From a virus: a stretch of 64,000 nt of DNA. The DNA is taken from the IMG/VR virus record IMGVR_UViG_3300028840_004908. One strand, 5' to 3'. A program made the position numbers and the translations under genes. The notes under the pieces are model-generated. The model saw nothing but the letters and a program-made list of their open reading frames with translations. It was not told where the DNA came from and searched no databases. This document shows, in pieces, positions 8,974 to 16,848 of the stretch. The stretch's first letter is position 1. Every line of letters starts with the position of its first letter.

Positions 8974-9338
8974 GATATTTCCCTCACAAACCGCTCTTGG
9001 CCAAAGAGTTTTGTCCATTCTTCGATTACGTACTCATAGCGGTATGCAGTCCGGCTTTCATTGAATGAAACTCCATTGTTCTCGTCAATCCAATCTCTTT
9101 TCTTTTGAGCTTTTTCAAGCGTAACTACTTTGATCTCCCATGGGCCTTGCGCCGCGCACATGTAATGCGGGTGTTGGCACACTGGCGGCAAATCTTTCGC
9201 TGCGACAAGCTCTCCATTTTGACTATGGTACATTACCGGAACCGCTTTGATCTTGAAGAATGTTGAGTGTTCTGAAAATTCCGGTTCAACAGGCTTTGGT
9301 CTCGGCTTGACCGTTCCATTACACGCATAGTTACTCAT
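8970..9338 (-). CDS. hypothetical protein
   Basis: 122-aa minus ORF. ATGA overlap with the next gene. Confidence 0.45.
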   Translation of the reverse strand: MSNYACNGTVKPRPKPVEPEFSEHSTFFKIKAVPVMYHSQNGELVAAKDLPPVCQHPHYMCAAQGPWEIKVVTLEKAQKKRDWIDENNGVSFNESRTAYRYEYVIEEWTKLFGQERFVREIS

Positions 9339-9494
9339 GATCGCATCCTTTCAATCCGTCAACGGCAGACAGGATTCCCGTACTGGCGAACAGTATGGGC
9401 GACACGCCAGCCGCAAGAGACTTAACGAGGGGACAAACCCCGGCCCATTTCGTGGACGAATCCTGTCGCCGTCGAGGATTTATTCATGTCCCTC

Positions 9495-9547
9495 AAGAAA
9501 AAAATGGGGTGGCTGAATCTCCCGCGCAAAGGAAGACCAGCCACCCC
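9495..9547 (-). terminator. rho-independent terminator downstream of gene 9567..10458
   Basis: minus-strand reading: GGGGTGGCTG (22-nt loop) CAGCCACCCC followed by ATTTTTTTCTTG. The 10-bp perfect stem is at 9506-9515 and 9538-9547. Confidence 0.65.
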
Positions 9548-9566
9548 TGCCGTAGAGGGAGGACGG

Positions 9567-10458
9567 TTACTTTTTACCTTTGGCCGCTTCCACCTCGCCA
9601 ATCCGGTTGGCGATGAGGTTGGCGGCGTCATTGATCTCTTCCAGCAGCTCCTCGAACTGCTCCCCGAAGCCGGTGATCTCTGAGTAAGCCTTGACGAGCG
9701 CTTCGGCTTCCGCCAAGTCCTTCTTGCGTCCCTCAAGCCCACGGACAGTCTTGCTGGGCTTGGCCACCGAGCGCAGGATGTCGGTCAGCTGCTGCTTCAC
9801 GGTGCGCTTGGCGCTGTCCCACACCCACTCCAGCGCATTCTCGGACTCGACCTTGCAGTCGTACCACACGCGTCCGATGCTCAGCGCTGTCGTGAACTTG
9901 TTGAGGCGTTCGATTACCTCAACCTGCGGTTCGGGAACAAAGTACAGCCCACCCGTGGGGATGAGCGCAATGCCCTTGCCCTCGCGCCGAATGATGCGGT
10001 AGATGTAGCTGCGGATGTCGCCAGACGTCAGGCCGACGCTGTACAGGTCGAACTCTTCCTTGAACTCTGCGGCCTTTGAACCTTCGGCCTCAACCTGTCC
10101 CGACTCCTTGTTGAGCCGAATGGTTGTGGTCTGCTCGTACCCGAGGATTTCATTGGCCTCATCACGCGACTCATCGACGATGCCGACAACCGTGCGAATG
10201 CCGTTGTCCAGCACCTTGCGTGCGAGGTGGTCGTTGAAGCGACCCGTCTTGGACTGCCTGCCGTCCTTGAGCGTTTTGCTCACGGCTTTGGCAGCGCGAA
10301 TGAGCGCCGACTTCGTGGACTTCTCCGGCACCAGCGCGTCGGGCAGGCCTGCGTTGCGCGCAGCTTCCTTGACCATATCCGACGGGATGACGGTTTCGGT
10401 CAATTCGGCCTTGACTTCGTAGCCGATCACTTTGACGTTGCTGAGATATGTTGCCATG
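9567..10458 (-). CDS. hypothetical protein, candidate highly expressed (structural?) gene
   Basis: start MATYLSNVKV at 10456-10458 with GGAGGGCAATGAAATC SD. A class I element lies immediately upstream and a strong terminator downstream. No family recognised. Confidence 0.55.
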
Positions 10459-10469
10459 ATTTCATTGCC

Positions 10470-10572
10470 CTCCGCGAAAAGGTTTGCCTTGCAAATGCAG
10501 GTGTCCAAACCACCCTTCAAAAGACTTAACCGCATGAATCGCCATTTGCCGTGAACTTTCTTCGCATTTTAC
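10470..10572 (-). promoter_or_regulatory. class I conserved upstream element, copy B
   Basis: about 100 nt nearly identical to copy A (GAAAAGGTTTGCCTTGCAAATGCAGGTGTC...CTTAACCGCATGAATCGCCATTTGCCGTGAACTTTCTTCGCATTTT). Confidence 0.5.
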
Positions 10573-10999
10573 GCAGTTTTTTTGTGGCCCGTTTCTTGTT
10601 CTCGTTCAACAACTTACGCGTCTTATCTCTTCGGCTTATCTTCTCTTTGGGCGGTTCGGTTAGTTCGAAGGTGATAACGGTGGAAACCTTCGACATGGAT
10701 TTGAAGACCTCGTCAGCGCCGTAGCCTTTCATCGATAGGTTGCGTAGCTGATCGAAAAAGTCATCGTCGGTGTCCGTGTCGATGTCGCCATAGACAAACA
10801 GCACATTGTTTTCTGAGAGCATGATTTCAGTTGGTTCGCGGAACACGTACTTCTTGCTCCTGAAGATTATTTCGATTTCATGCCGGAGCACATCGCGGTA
10901 AACGTCTTCCACGACACCGCGCACTTTGTCGCCACCCATGCGTTGGGGAAGTTTGAACTTGACCACCTTGCCAATCATTTCGTAAATCAGGTAGCGCAT
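10526..10999 (-). CDS. hypothetical protein with basic C-terminus
   Basis: ATG 10997-10999 (MRYLIYEMIGKVV...) with AAGGGGA SD. The reading frame continues through the class I element, so the C-terminal 25 aa are encoded by the element. The upstream CxxC segment may be non-coding. Confidence 0.4.
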   Translation of the reverse strand: MRYLIYEMIGKVVKFKLPQRMGGDKVRGVVEDVYRDVLRHEIEIIFRSKKYVFREPTEIMLSENNVLFVYGDIDTDTDDDFFDQLRNLSMKGYGADEVFKSMSKVSTVITFELTEPPKEKISRRDKTRKLLNENKKRATKKLRKMRRKFTANGDSCG

Positions 11000-11157
11000 T
11001 GAATCCCCTTCTGCTCGTTTTTTGTAACATAAAGGACAAGGCTTATTGTCCAATCGCACTTTGTGCAACACACATAAGCTTGTCCCCACCTTTTGACTTC
11101 AAGTGAAGACTTGCATTGCGGACAATCCTCAAGATTAACTTTTGGCATGACTTCCCC

Positions 11158-11346
11158 TTAGCAGAAAAGCGCCCAAAGAATGTAGCCTACTGACGCGCCA
11201 ATGATAGTGATAGCGCAAATATACACAAAAGCTTCCCAAACAAATTCGAGAAAATCGTCCCAACGATTATTGCGCTCAGGGATGCCTGCTTCCTTCGCCA
11301 GCTTAATGATCCTGCCATACGCCTTATCAAACTCGCGTTTCTCCAT
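11158..11346 (-). CDS. small membrane protein
   Basis: MEKREFDKAY... with C-terminal TM FVYICAITIIGASVGYILWALF. Confidence 0.35.
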   Translation of the reverse strand: MEKREFDKAYGRIIKLAKEAGIPERNNRWDDFLEFVWEAFVYICAITIIGASVGYILWALFC

Positions 11347-11347
11347 C

Positions 11348-12256
11348 TCAACTCTCCTTTTTCTTGCTGAGAAGCTTGATGGCGTATTTGCCCTGAAGCT
11401 CGCCCAGCGCATCGACAAGACCTTGAAGGTTTTCTTCGCTGTCACCCATCATGGAAAGGAATCCCTCAATGGCCAATCCCATGCGCTCGCTGAAATGCTT
11501 CTTCACGGCGTCACTGTCGTTGGACGGGATTTCAAGCTTGGCTTTCGCTTTCGCTTTCTGTTCGTCCGCTTTGCCCAAGACAACAGAGAGAGTCTGCCCT
11601 TCATTAGCAGACTGGACACGCTTCTCCTTTGACGGCGCAGCTGGGGACGCTTCAGGCTCGGAATTGACCGCAGGAAAGTTGTTGGGTTTGATACGCTTCT
11701 GAATGTCGTCAATCATCTCGCCATCGCTGAAACTTGCCGCACTGTAACTTTCTTCTATCTCAACGCCATAACGCTTTTTGTAGTTGATGGCATCACTGCT
11801 GTTTTTGTCTTTCCAATCGTTGCCGTAAGCCTTCTTGTTGTCGGTGTTCCACGAATTTCCAGCCGTGGGAATGTAGCCGCGTAACTGTTTGCCATCCCAG
11901 TAGATGATGAAGAACAGCGGGCACTCCCAGTCGCCACCGGCAGTGACGCCCAGAAACGTAAGGCCGTATGTATGGAAGCCTGCCAAATCGCAACCAGCAT
12001 AGCCTTCCCCTCGCTCGGCCTCAAGGTTCTCCGTGTCGAAATCGACCTTGGCCAAATCCTTTTCGACGGTCTTGGTCAGGTACGGAAGGTTCAAATGGTA
12101 TGCATGTTTTTCGACGTTTTCGCGTGCGCTTTTCTCTGGTGGTTTGTTATTGACCCAGCCTTCATAGTCGCCTTCATAGTCGCGATTAGCGTACGCTGCG
12201 TTCAGGATTTTCTGCGCTAACGCTTCGACTGAGATGGGTGCGTAATACCTTGGCAT
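11348..12256 (-). CDS. hypothetical protein
   Basis: 302-aa minus ORF. C-terminal Ala/Lys-rich low-complexity region. Confidence 0.5.
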   Translation of the reverse strand: MPRYYAPISVEALAQKILNAAYANRDYEGDYEGWVNNKPPEKSARENVEKHAYHLNLPYLTKTVEKDLAKVDFDTENLEAERGEGYAGCDLAGFHTYGLTFLGVTAGGDWECPLFFIIYWDGKQLRGYIPTAGNSWNTDNKKAYGNDWKDKNSSDAINYKKRYGVEIEESYSAASFSDGEMIDDIQKRIKPNNFPAVNSEPEASPAAPSKEKRVQSANEGQTLSVVLGKADEQKAKAKAKLEIPSNDSDAVKKHFSERMGLAIEGFLSMMGDSEENLQGLVDALGELQGKYAIKLLSKKKES

Positions 12257-12265
12257 GATTACTCC

Positions 12266-12604
12266 TTATCCTACTGCCCGTTGTACCATTTTTTGAAAAC
12301 CATCCTCAAGCCGTTCACCGTAAGTTTTTGTAGTACGGCCTGAAAAACCGTACCGCTCGTCTCGCGTTTCTGCTCCCCTTGTAGCGCGATCACTCGCTTT
12401 TTCCTCTGCTTTTGTGTGAGAGCAGAATTGATCACCGTGAACTATCCGTCCGCAAATCTCACAGACATACTTGTGTTTGTGTCCGTACGTTGAAAGTTTC
12501 TGTCCCATTTCCGTTTTCAAGCGGTTTGGCTGTGTTCTACAACTGTAATCAAGGAATCCGGCATCCCATAAAAATCCTTCAAGTTCATGAAATGCTTTTT
12601 TCAT
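12266..12604 (-). CDS. CxxC zinc-finger protein, paralog family with YxERLxDGFQ C-terminal motif
   Basis: YVCEICGRIVHGDQFCSH...RYGFSGRTTKTYGERLEDGFQKM. Paralog of 22408..22713. C-terminal motif is shared with 30164..30382. Confidence 0.45.
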   Translation of the reverse strand: MKKAFHELEGFLWDAGFLDYSCRTQPNRLKTEMGQKLSTYGHKHKYVCEICGRIVHGDQFCSHTKAEEKASDRATRGAETRDERYGFSGRTTKTYGERLEDGFQKMVQRAVG

Positions 12605-12621
12605 CCTTTCATCCTCAGCGC

Positions 12622-12668
12622 CCAAAAGAAAAAAAAGAGGGGCTGGGCTGAGCGGGACCCAGCCCCTC
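12622..12668 (-). terminator. rho-independent terminator downstream of the AAA+ ATPase gene
   Basis: minus-strand reading: GAGGGGCTGGG (10-nt loop) CCCAGCCCCTC then TTTTTTTTCTTTTGGG. A second hairpin GCGCCTC/GAGGCGC lies just upstream. Confidence 0.65.
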
Positions 12669-12714
12669 GCCGCATATGCGCCTCTCCCAATGAGGCGCTA
12701 CGGAGGGTTGACTG

Positions 12715-13944
12715 TTACTTGCGGAACATATCCTGAATGTCCCGCCCAAAGGCCATCATCGCAGCCTCGTTGTAGAGTGCCCGTTCCTCGGGCATCGTCT
12801 TGTTGAGCACGCCGTACTTCACCGCCTTGTTGATATCGCCCCAGATTTCGTACGCGTTGCCAAGGGCGACGACCAACCGTGTGGACAGTGGCGTAGCCGT
12901 GTCACCTTGCTTGAGGTGGTCACGCACCTGATTGCGGAATTTCAGGCACTGCTTGACGATGCGGTCATCCCCGATTTTGAGCCGCAGGATTTCCTCTTCC
13001 GCGTCAACGTTCCAGCTCAGTTCGAAGACAACGTCCACGCGGTCAAGCGTGCTGATGTCGAGCGCGTCGGACTGGGCGACGTAGAGGTCATCGCCTTCGC
13101 CGGTCAATCCACGGCCAATGGTATTGCCCAAGAAGGCAATCCGCATTCCGCTGTGAGCGACGACCTTGCGGCCACCGTCGTTGTCCAAGCGGATGAAGCG
13201 CTCCCCAGTGAAATCGTCGAGCAGGTTGTTCATGCCCATGGCGATGTTCGGGTCGCACTGGTTGAATTCGTCGAAGACCAACAGCGCAGGCTTTACCTTT
13301 TCCTTCACCATCTTCCCGTCGCGCTCAACTTCGATTTCCTCAACCTCATTGCCGTCCTTGTCCTTCCCGCACTGGCAAGCACGGGTCACCGGACCGTCTT
13401 GATAGACAATGTCACCGTTCTCGATGACCTGTTGGCCGTAAAAGTGCTTGGACAGCATATCGCGCTTGCAGTTGATGAGGATCAGTTCCATGTCCAGCAT
13501 CTCAGCGATGCGATGCATCAGGTGCGTTTTGCCGGTTCCCGTCGGGCCGACGATCATGGGCTTGAGGCCACCCTTCAGCGCCTCAACGATGTCGCTCAGC
13601 TCCTTGGGGTCACGGTACTCGTGGCGCGTCCGCTTGCGCTTCTTGGACTTGACTGCATCGTCCTTCTTCGATTTCTTGGTGTCAGTCGTGCCCAGTGTGG
13701 TCGCCGTGGTAGCACCAGCGGCCAGCGCCGTTCGGGACGTCAGCGTGACGGACTTACCGAACGGGTCAAGGCCCACGACCACTTTGTGCGTCCGGACAAG
13801 CTCATTCCGGACCTTGGCTTTGCGCCAGTAGTCGATGTGTCCCTCAACCGCAGGGTCGTCCCACGCGACATCAACCTTGCCATGCTGCTCGGCAAGCTTG
13901 ACGGCAGCATCAACCGCTGCCTGCTCTTTTGCGTTTAAGCTCAT
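12715..13944 (-). CDS. AAA+ ATPase, CobS/MoxR-like
   Basis: Walker A GPTGTGKTH, Walker B LLVFDEFNQ. 409 aa. GGAGGGTAAAA SD. A class I element upstream and a terminator downstream. Confidence 0.85.
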   Translation of the reverse strand: MSLNAKEQAAVDAAVKLAEQHGKVDVAWDDPAVEGHIDYWRKAKVRNELVRTHKVVVGLDPFGKSVTLTSRTALAAGATTATTLGTTDTKKSKKDDAVKSKKRKRTRHEYRDPKELSDIVEALKGGLKPMIVGPTGTGKTHLMHRIAEMLDMELILINCKRDMLSKHFYGQQVIENGDIVYQDGPVTRACQCGKDKDGNEVEEIEVERDGKMVKEKVKPALLVFDEFNQCDPNIAMGMNNLLDDFTGERFIRLDNDGGRKVVAHSGMRIAFLGNTIGRGLTGEGDDLYVAQSDALDISTLDRVDVVFELSWNVDAEEEILRLKIGDDRIVKQCLKFRNQVRDHLKQGDTATPLSTRLVVALGNAYEIWGDINKAVKYGVLNKTMPEERALYNEAAMMAFGRDIQDMFRK

Positions 13945-13989
13945 TTTTACCCTCCGCTCAAGACATAGGACAAAAAGCGCTCATATCAA

Positions 13990-14066
13990 CCTTCAAAAGA
14001 CTTAACCGCATGCAACCCCATTTGCCGTGAACTTTCTTGACATTTTCTTAGGTTTTTTTGGCCACG
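13990..14066 (-). promoter_or_regulatory. class I conserved upstream element, copy C
   Basis: CTTCAAAAGACTTAACCGCATGCAACCCCATTTGCCGTGAACTTTCTTGACATTTTCTTAGGTTTTTTTGGCCAC. The 3' part overlaps the last codons of gene 14048..14740. Confidence 0.5.
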
Positions 14067-14740
14067 TTCGATTGATCCGAATCGTTACTCTCGTTGGGTT
14101 CGAACCACACAAACCGCTTCACGTCGAATTCGCCCACGACGCCACTATCGTCCGCTACGCAAACGAGGTCGCCCTCGCTCGCCACGAGCGGGTAGCCTTT
14201 GGATAGGGTAAGGTTTGCCCCGGTATTATTGACGCAATAGGCGAGGGGGAAGTCCATTACGCTTCCATCACCAATAGCAAGGCGAAAGTCGGTTAGCGTA
14301 TGATAGTCGTCGGGGTTCTCCTCGCTGGAGATATTGAACTTGTCGTCCGTTCGGCTCACCTTGACCCAGCGCCCGGTTTCGATATCGCAGACCAGAATGC
14401 CGGTGCGTAGGTTGGTGCCATCGATGATCTCAAAGCACTCATGATTGTAATAGCCGCCATCCAGAATACCATATTGCGTTTCTGTTGCGCGGTCAATCAC
14501 AACCACCTGTCCAGTTTCGTAATTGCAGGGAATCGTTCCAAGCCATGCGGCGTACACCATCTCGTATTCCCGAAAACATTCGCCCTCAAACTCGAACTTT
14601 TGCCTGTCCTGATTCTCATCAAGGACGTAGAACTTCTTGCGCCCAACTGCATCAACTTCAAGAACATCACGCGCTGCATAGATTTTCTCCTCGATGAAAT
14701 CTCCCTCGTCAGCACCACCCTTGTACTTCATGAAATACAT
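14048..14740 (-). CDS. hypothetical protein
   Basis: 230-aa minus ORF. AAGGAGG SD before ATG 14740. Confidence 0.5.
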   Translation of the reverse strand: MYFMKYKGGADEGDFIEEKIYAARDVLEVDAVGRKKFYVLDENQDRQKFEFEGECFREYEMVYAAWLGTIPCNYETGQVVVIDRATETQYGILDGGYYNHECFEIIDGTNLRTGILVCDIETGRWVKVSRTDDKFNISSEENPDDYHTLTDFRLAIGDGSVMDFPLAYCVNNTGANLTLSKGYPLVASEGDLVCVADDSGVVGEFDVKRFVWFEPNESNDSDQSNVAKKT

Positions 14741-14753
14741 TGGTCATGCCTCC

Positions 14754-15026
14754 TTAATCCTCAACACCCAGTTCAAAACGATTGGTGAAGCATTCCTTCG
14801 GTTCCCCAAAACGGTCATACACGGTGATGAATTCCGGTTCAGGCACAAGCGGAATGTCGTTGAAGTCATAGCCAATGCCTTCGTCGAAGTGATCCTCATA
14901 GCCTTTGTTATTGACGCAGACCATGACAAAACGCGACGACTCTTCCTCCTCATATCCAGAGCACTGCTCGACAGAGTCGCTCTTGAGAAGGCAGTTGTTG
15001 AATCTGTTGCAGCTGGAGCATTTCAT
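14754..15026 (-). CDS. hypothetical protein carrying a shared CxNNKGYED domain
   Basis: CVNNKGYEDHFDEGIGYDF...VYDRFGEPKECFTNRFELGVED. The same roughly 50-aa domain ends two neighbouring genes. Confidence 0.45.
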   Translation of the reverse strand: MKCSSCNRFNNCLLKSDSVEQCSGYEEEESSRFVMVCVNNKGYEDHFDEGIGYDFNDIPLVPEPEFITVYDRFGEPKECFTNRFELGVED

Positions 15027-15027
15027 G

Positions 15028-15945
15028 TTATTCTTCCCTCACAATCTTGAAGCGGTCTTTGAAAACGGACACTTCATTCCCGAATTTATTCGTCACGGTA
15101 AACATGTCCAATTCTGCTGCGGTAACTGTAAAGCAATATGTTACGCCGACGTCAAACTGATCTTCATAGCCTTTGTTATTGATGCATTCCGCGACGAGGG
15201 CTTCTTCAGGCTCCGGTTTCGGTTTGAGCTTGGGCCTCTTTTTCCTGTTGACGCGGGGCATTCCTCCTTTCCATGGATTTTGCTTTTTATATTGCGGGCA
15301 AACCTCGTATTTGATATCCATTTCAGTCATCATGCATGTATTGCCATCGATATGTTTACAATCTTGGCAATCAGCACAGAGTAATTCTTCGCCGTAATCG
15401 GCGTAGTTTTCCTCGATGTAATCTTCCATGTAATCTTCCGTGGGTACATATTCTTTAGCTTCCTTGTACTTCTTTTCGCAGCCCTTTATCTCGTTGTCTT
15501 CCTCCTTTTCTATCGGTGCGCTGCCGGTCAATTGTTTCAGCTGCTTGAGCATGGTTGGGTCGGTTACGTTTTCCCCTAACATGCGGATTACTTTTTTCAG
15601 GTCATTGATGGCAAGGTCGCCTTTCATTTGACTTTCCTCCGGAATAGGAACCCATTCCGTACCAGTAAAAACTTCCATTTCTCGCGTGTCGATATCAAAG
15701 CGTGCTTGCCCTGTTGAATAAACCAAAAGACGTTCGCCATTATCGCCAACCGTCTTCTTCCATTTACCAGCATTGTTCCGAATCGCTTGCAACCGCTTTA
15801 TCAACTTTTGCCTGCGTACATCCTTGCGCAACTTGTTCATGCTGTCCAAATCTGATGCCGCGACACGCTTTTCCTTCGGAGGCTTGCGATCATCGCCAAG
15901 TTCTTTCGCAATCCTTATGAGTCGTTTCTTGAGTTCATCTCGCAT
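15028..15945 (-). CDS. hypothetical protein with C-terminal CxNNKGYED domain
   Basis: 305 aa. C-terminus CINNKGYEDQFDVGVTYCFTV...VTNKFGNEVSVFKDRFKIVREE. Central Cys cluster CADCQDCKHIDGNTC. Confidence 0.5.
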   Translation of the reverse strand: MRDELKKRLIRIAKELGDDRKPPKEKRVAASDLDSMNKLRKDVRRQKLIKRLQAIRNNAGKWKKTVGDNGERLLVYSTGQARFDIDTREMEVFTGTEWVPIPEESQMKGDLAINDLKKVIRMLGENVTDPTMLKQLKQLTGSAPIEKEEDNEIKGCEKKYKEAKEYVPTEDYMEDYIEENYADYGEELLCADCQDCKHIDGNTCMMTEMDIKYEVCPQYKKQNPWKGGMPRVNRKKRPKLKPKPEPEEALVAECINNKGYEDQFDVGVTYCFTVTAAELDMFTVTNKFGNEVSVFKDRFKIVREE

Positions 15946-16196
15946 AGCTTTTTCTCACGCTCTGTGTTGAACATCGGAGAAGAGCAACCAGCGCCAAAAG
16001 CCGGGCTCATCCATTGGTCTGGATGCTTGATGATCTTATCATATTGATGGCAGAGGTTGTCCTCCGTTAAAAACGCGCAACGGTTATTCTTGTGATCCCA
16101 AACGCCAAAAGCGCAAGGTCTTTTGGTGCAGCAATATCCGCACTTGACGCACGGATATTTCTTTGCGTATGCTGCCCAGTCTTCTTTACTCTTCAT
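15915..16196 (-). CDS. putative zinc/iron-chelating CxxCxxCC-domain protein
   Basis: CVKCGYCCTKRPC...NNRCAFL resembles the CxxCGxCC (YkgJ/UPF0153-type) motif. Confidence 0.45.
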   Translation of the reverse strand: MKSKEDWAAYAKKYPCVKCGYCCTKRPCAFGVWDHKNNRCAFLTEDNLCHQYDKIIKHPDQWMSPAFGAGCSSPMFNTEREKKLCEMNSRNDS

Positions 16197-16797
16197 CCGT
16201 CACCTCAAAGCGGTCCGCGAACACCTCACGGTCTTCGCCCATTTTGTCGGTCACCCTGAACATGTCAGGGTCATCCGTTCTCACGGCGAGGTAGGTCACG
16301 CCAACGTCGAACAGGTCTTCGTAGCCCTTGTTATCGGTGCAACGCAGCACCAATTCTTCAGGCTCAACAACCGTCTTGCGAGGACGGCCACGCACGGGCT
16401 TCTTTTTGTAAGGCCGACGCAACGTAGGAGTGGTGTCCATCTTACCACTGCCAGCACGCGGGTCGTCGCCTTCGAGATAATCCTTGACGCTACCGTAGGT
16501 CACCGGCCCAGAGTAGTCAGCGTCGTCAATATTCCTATAGCCGCTGCTCCGCTGCTTCTTTGCGAACAACTCTTGCGCCGCATACATTGCCGCATCGCGG
16601 TTCTTGTAAATCATGACACCTGCGCCCTTGCGCGCTTCCTTTTCCTGCTCCTTGAGCGCGTAACCGCGACGACCCCATTTGCCGACAACTACCCAGCCGC
16701 CCTTGCATCTGCGGATGCATGCCATGTAAATCTTGTCATGCTTGCCGGTATCGCAGTGACCAACAAAATTCGTTTTCTCTTTTGTTTTACCGCTCAT
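16186..16797 (-). CDS. WGR-domain protein with C-terminal CxNNKGYED domain
   Basis: MSGKTKEK start with GGAGGGATTTGAA SD. WVVVGKWGRRG is a WGR signature. C-terminus CTDNKGYEDLFDVGVTY...VTDKMGEDREVFADRFEVTDEE. Confidence 0.5.
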   Translation of the reverse strand: MSGKTKEKTNFVGHCDTGKHDKIYMACIRRCKGGWVVVGKWGRRGYALKEQEKEARKGAGVMIYKNRDAAMYAAQELFAKKQRSSGYRNIDDADYSGPVTYGSVKDYLEGDDPRAGSGKMDTTPTLRRPYKKKPVRGRPRKTVVEPEELVLRCTDNKGYEDLFDVGVTYLAVRTDDPDMFRVTDKMGEDREVFADRFEVTDEE

Positions 16798-16848
16798 TTC
16801 AAATCCCTCCAAAAGACAAAATACAAAAGACAAGACCAAAGGTCGGCG

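Noticed and set aside
9567-10458. Calling 9567..10458 the major capsid protein.
   Set aside because: Only context supports this (own promoter-like element, strong terminator). I cannot see an HK97-fold signature by eye, so it is left as hypothetical.
12907-13938. Long plus-strand ORFs (343 aa here. Also 16123..17337 at 404 aa, 17791..18693 at 300 aa, 23447..24463 at 338 aa, and 2002..2769).
   Set aside because: Each lies antisense to a minus-strand gene with clear motifs (AAA+ ATPase, vWA protein, DNA ligase). They have no SD sequences, and their composition is low-complexity or shadow-like (for example poly-S/L/A opposite the acidic tract).
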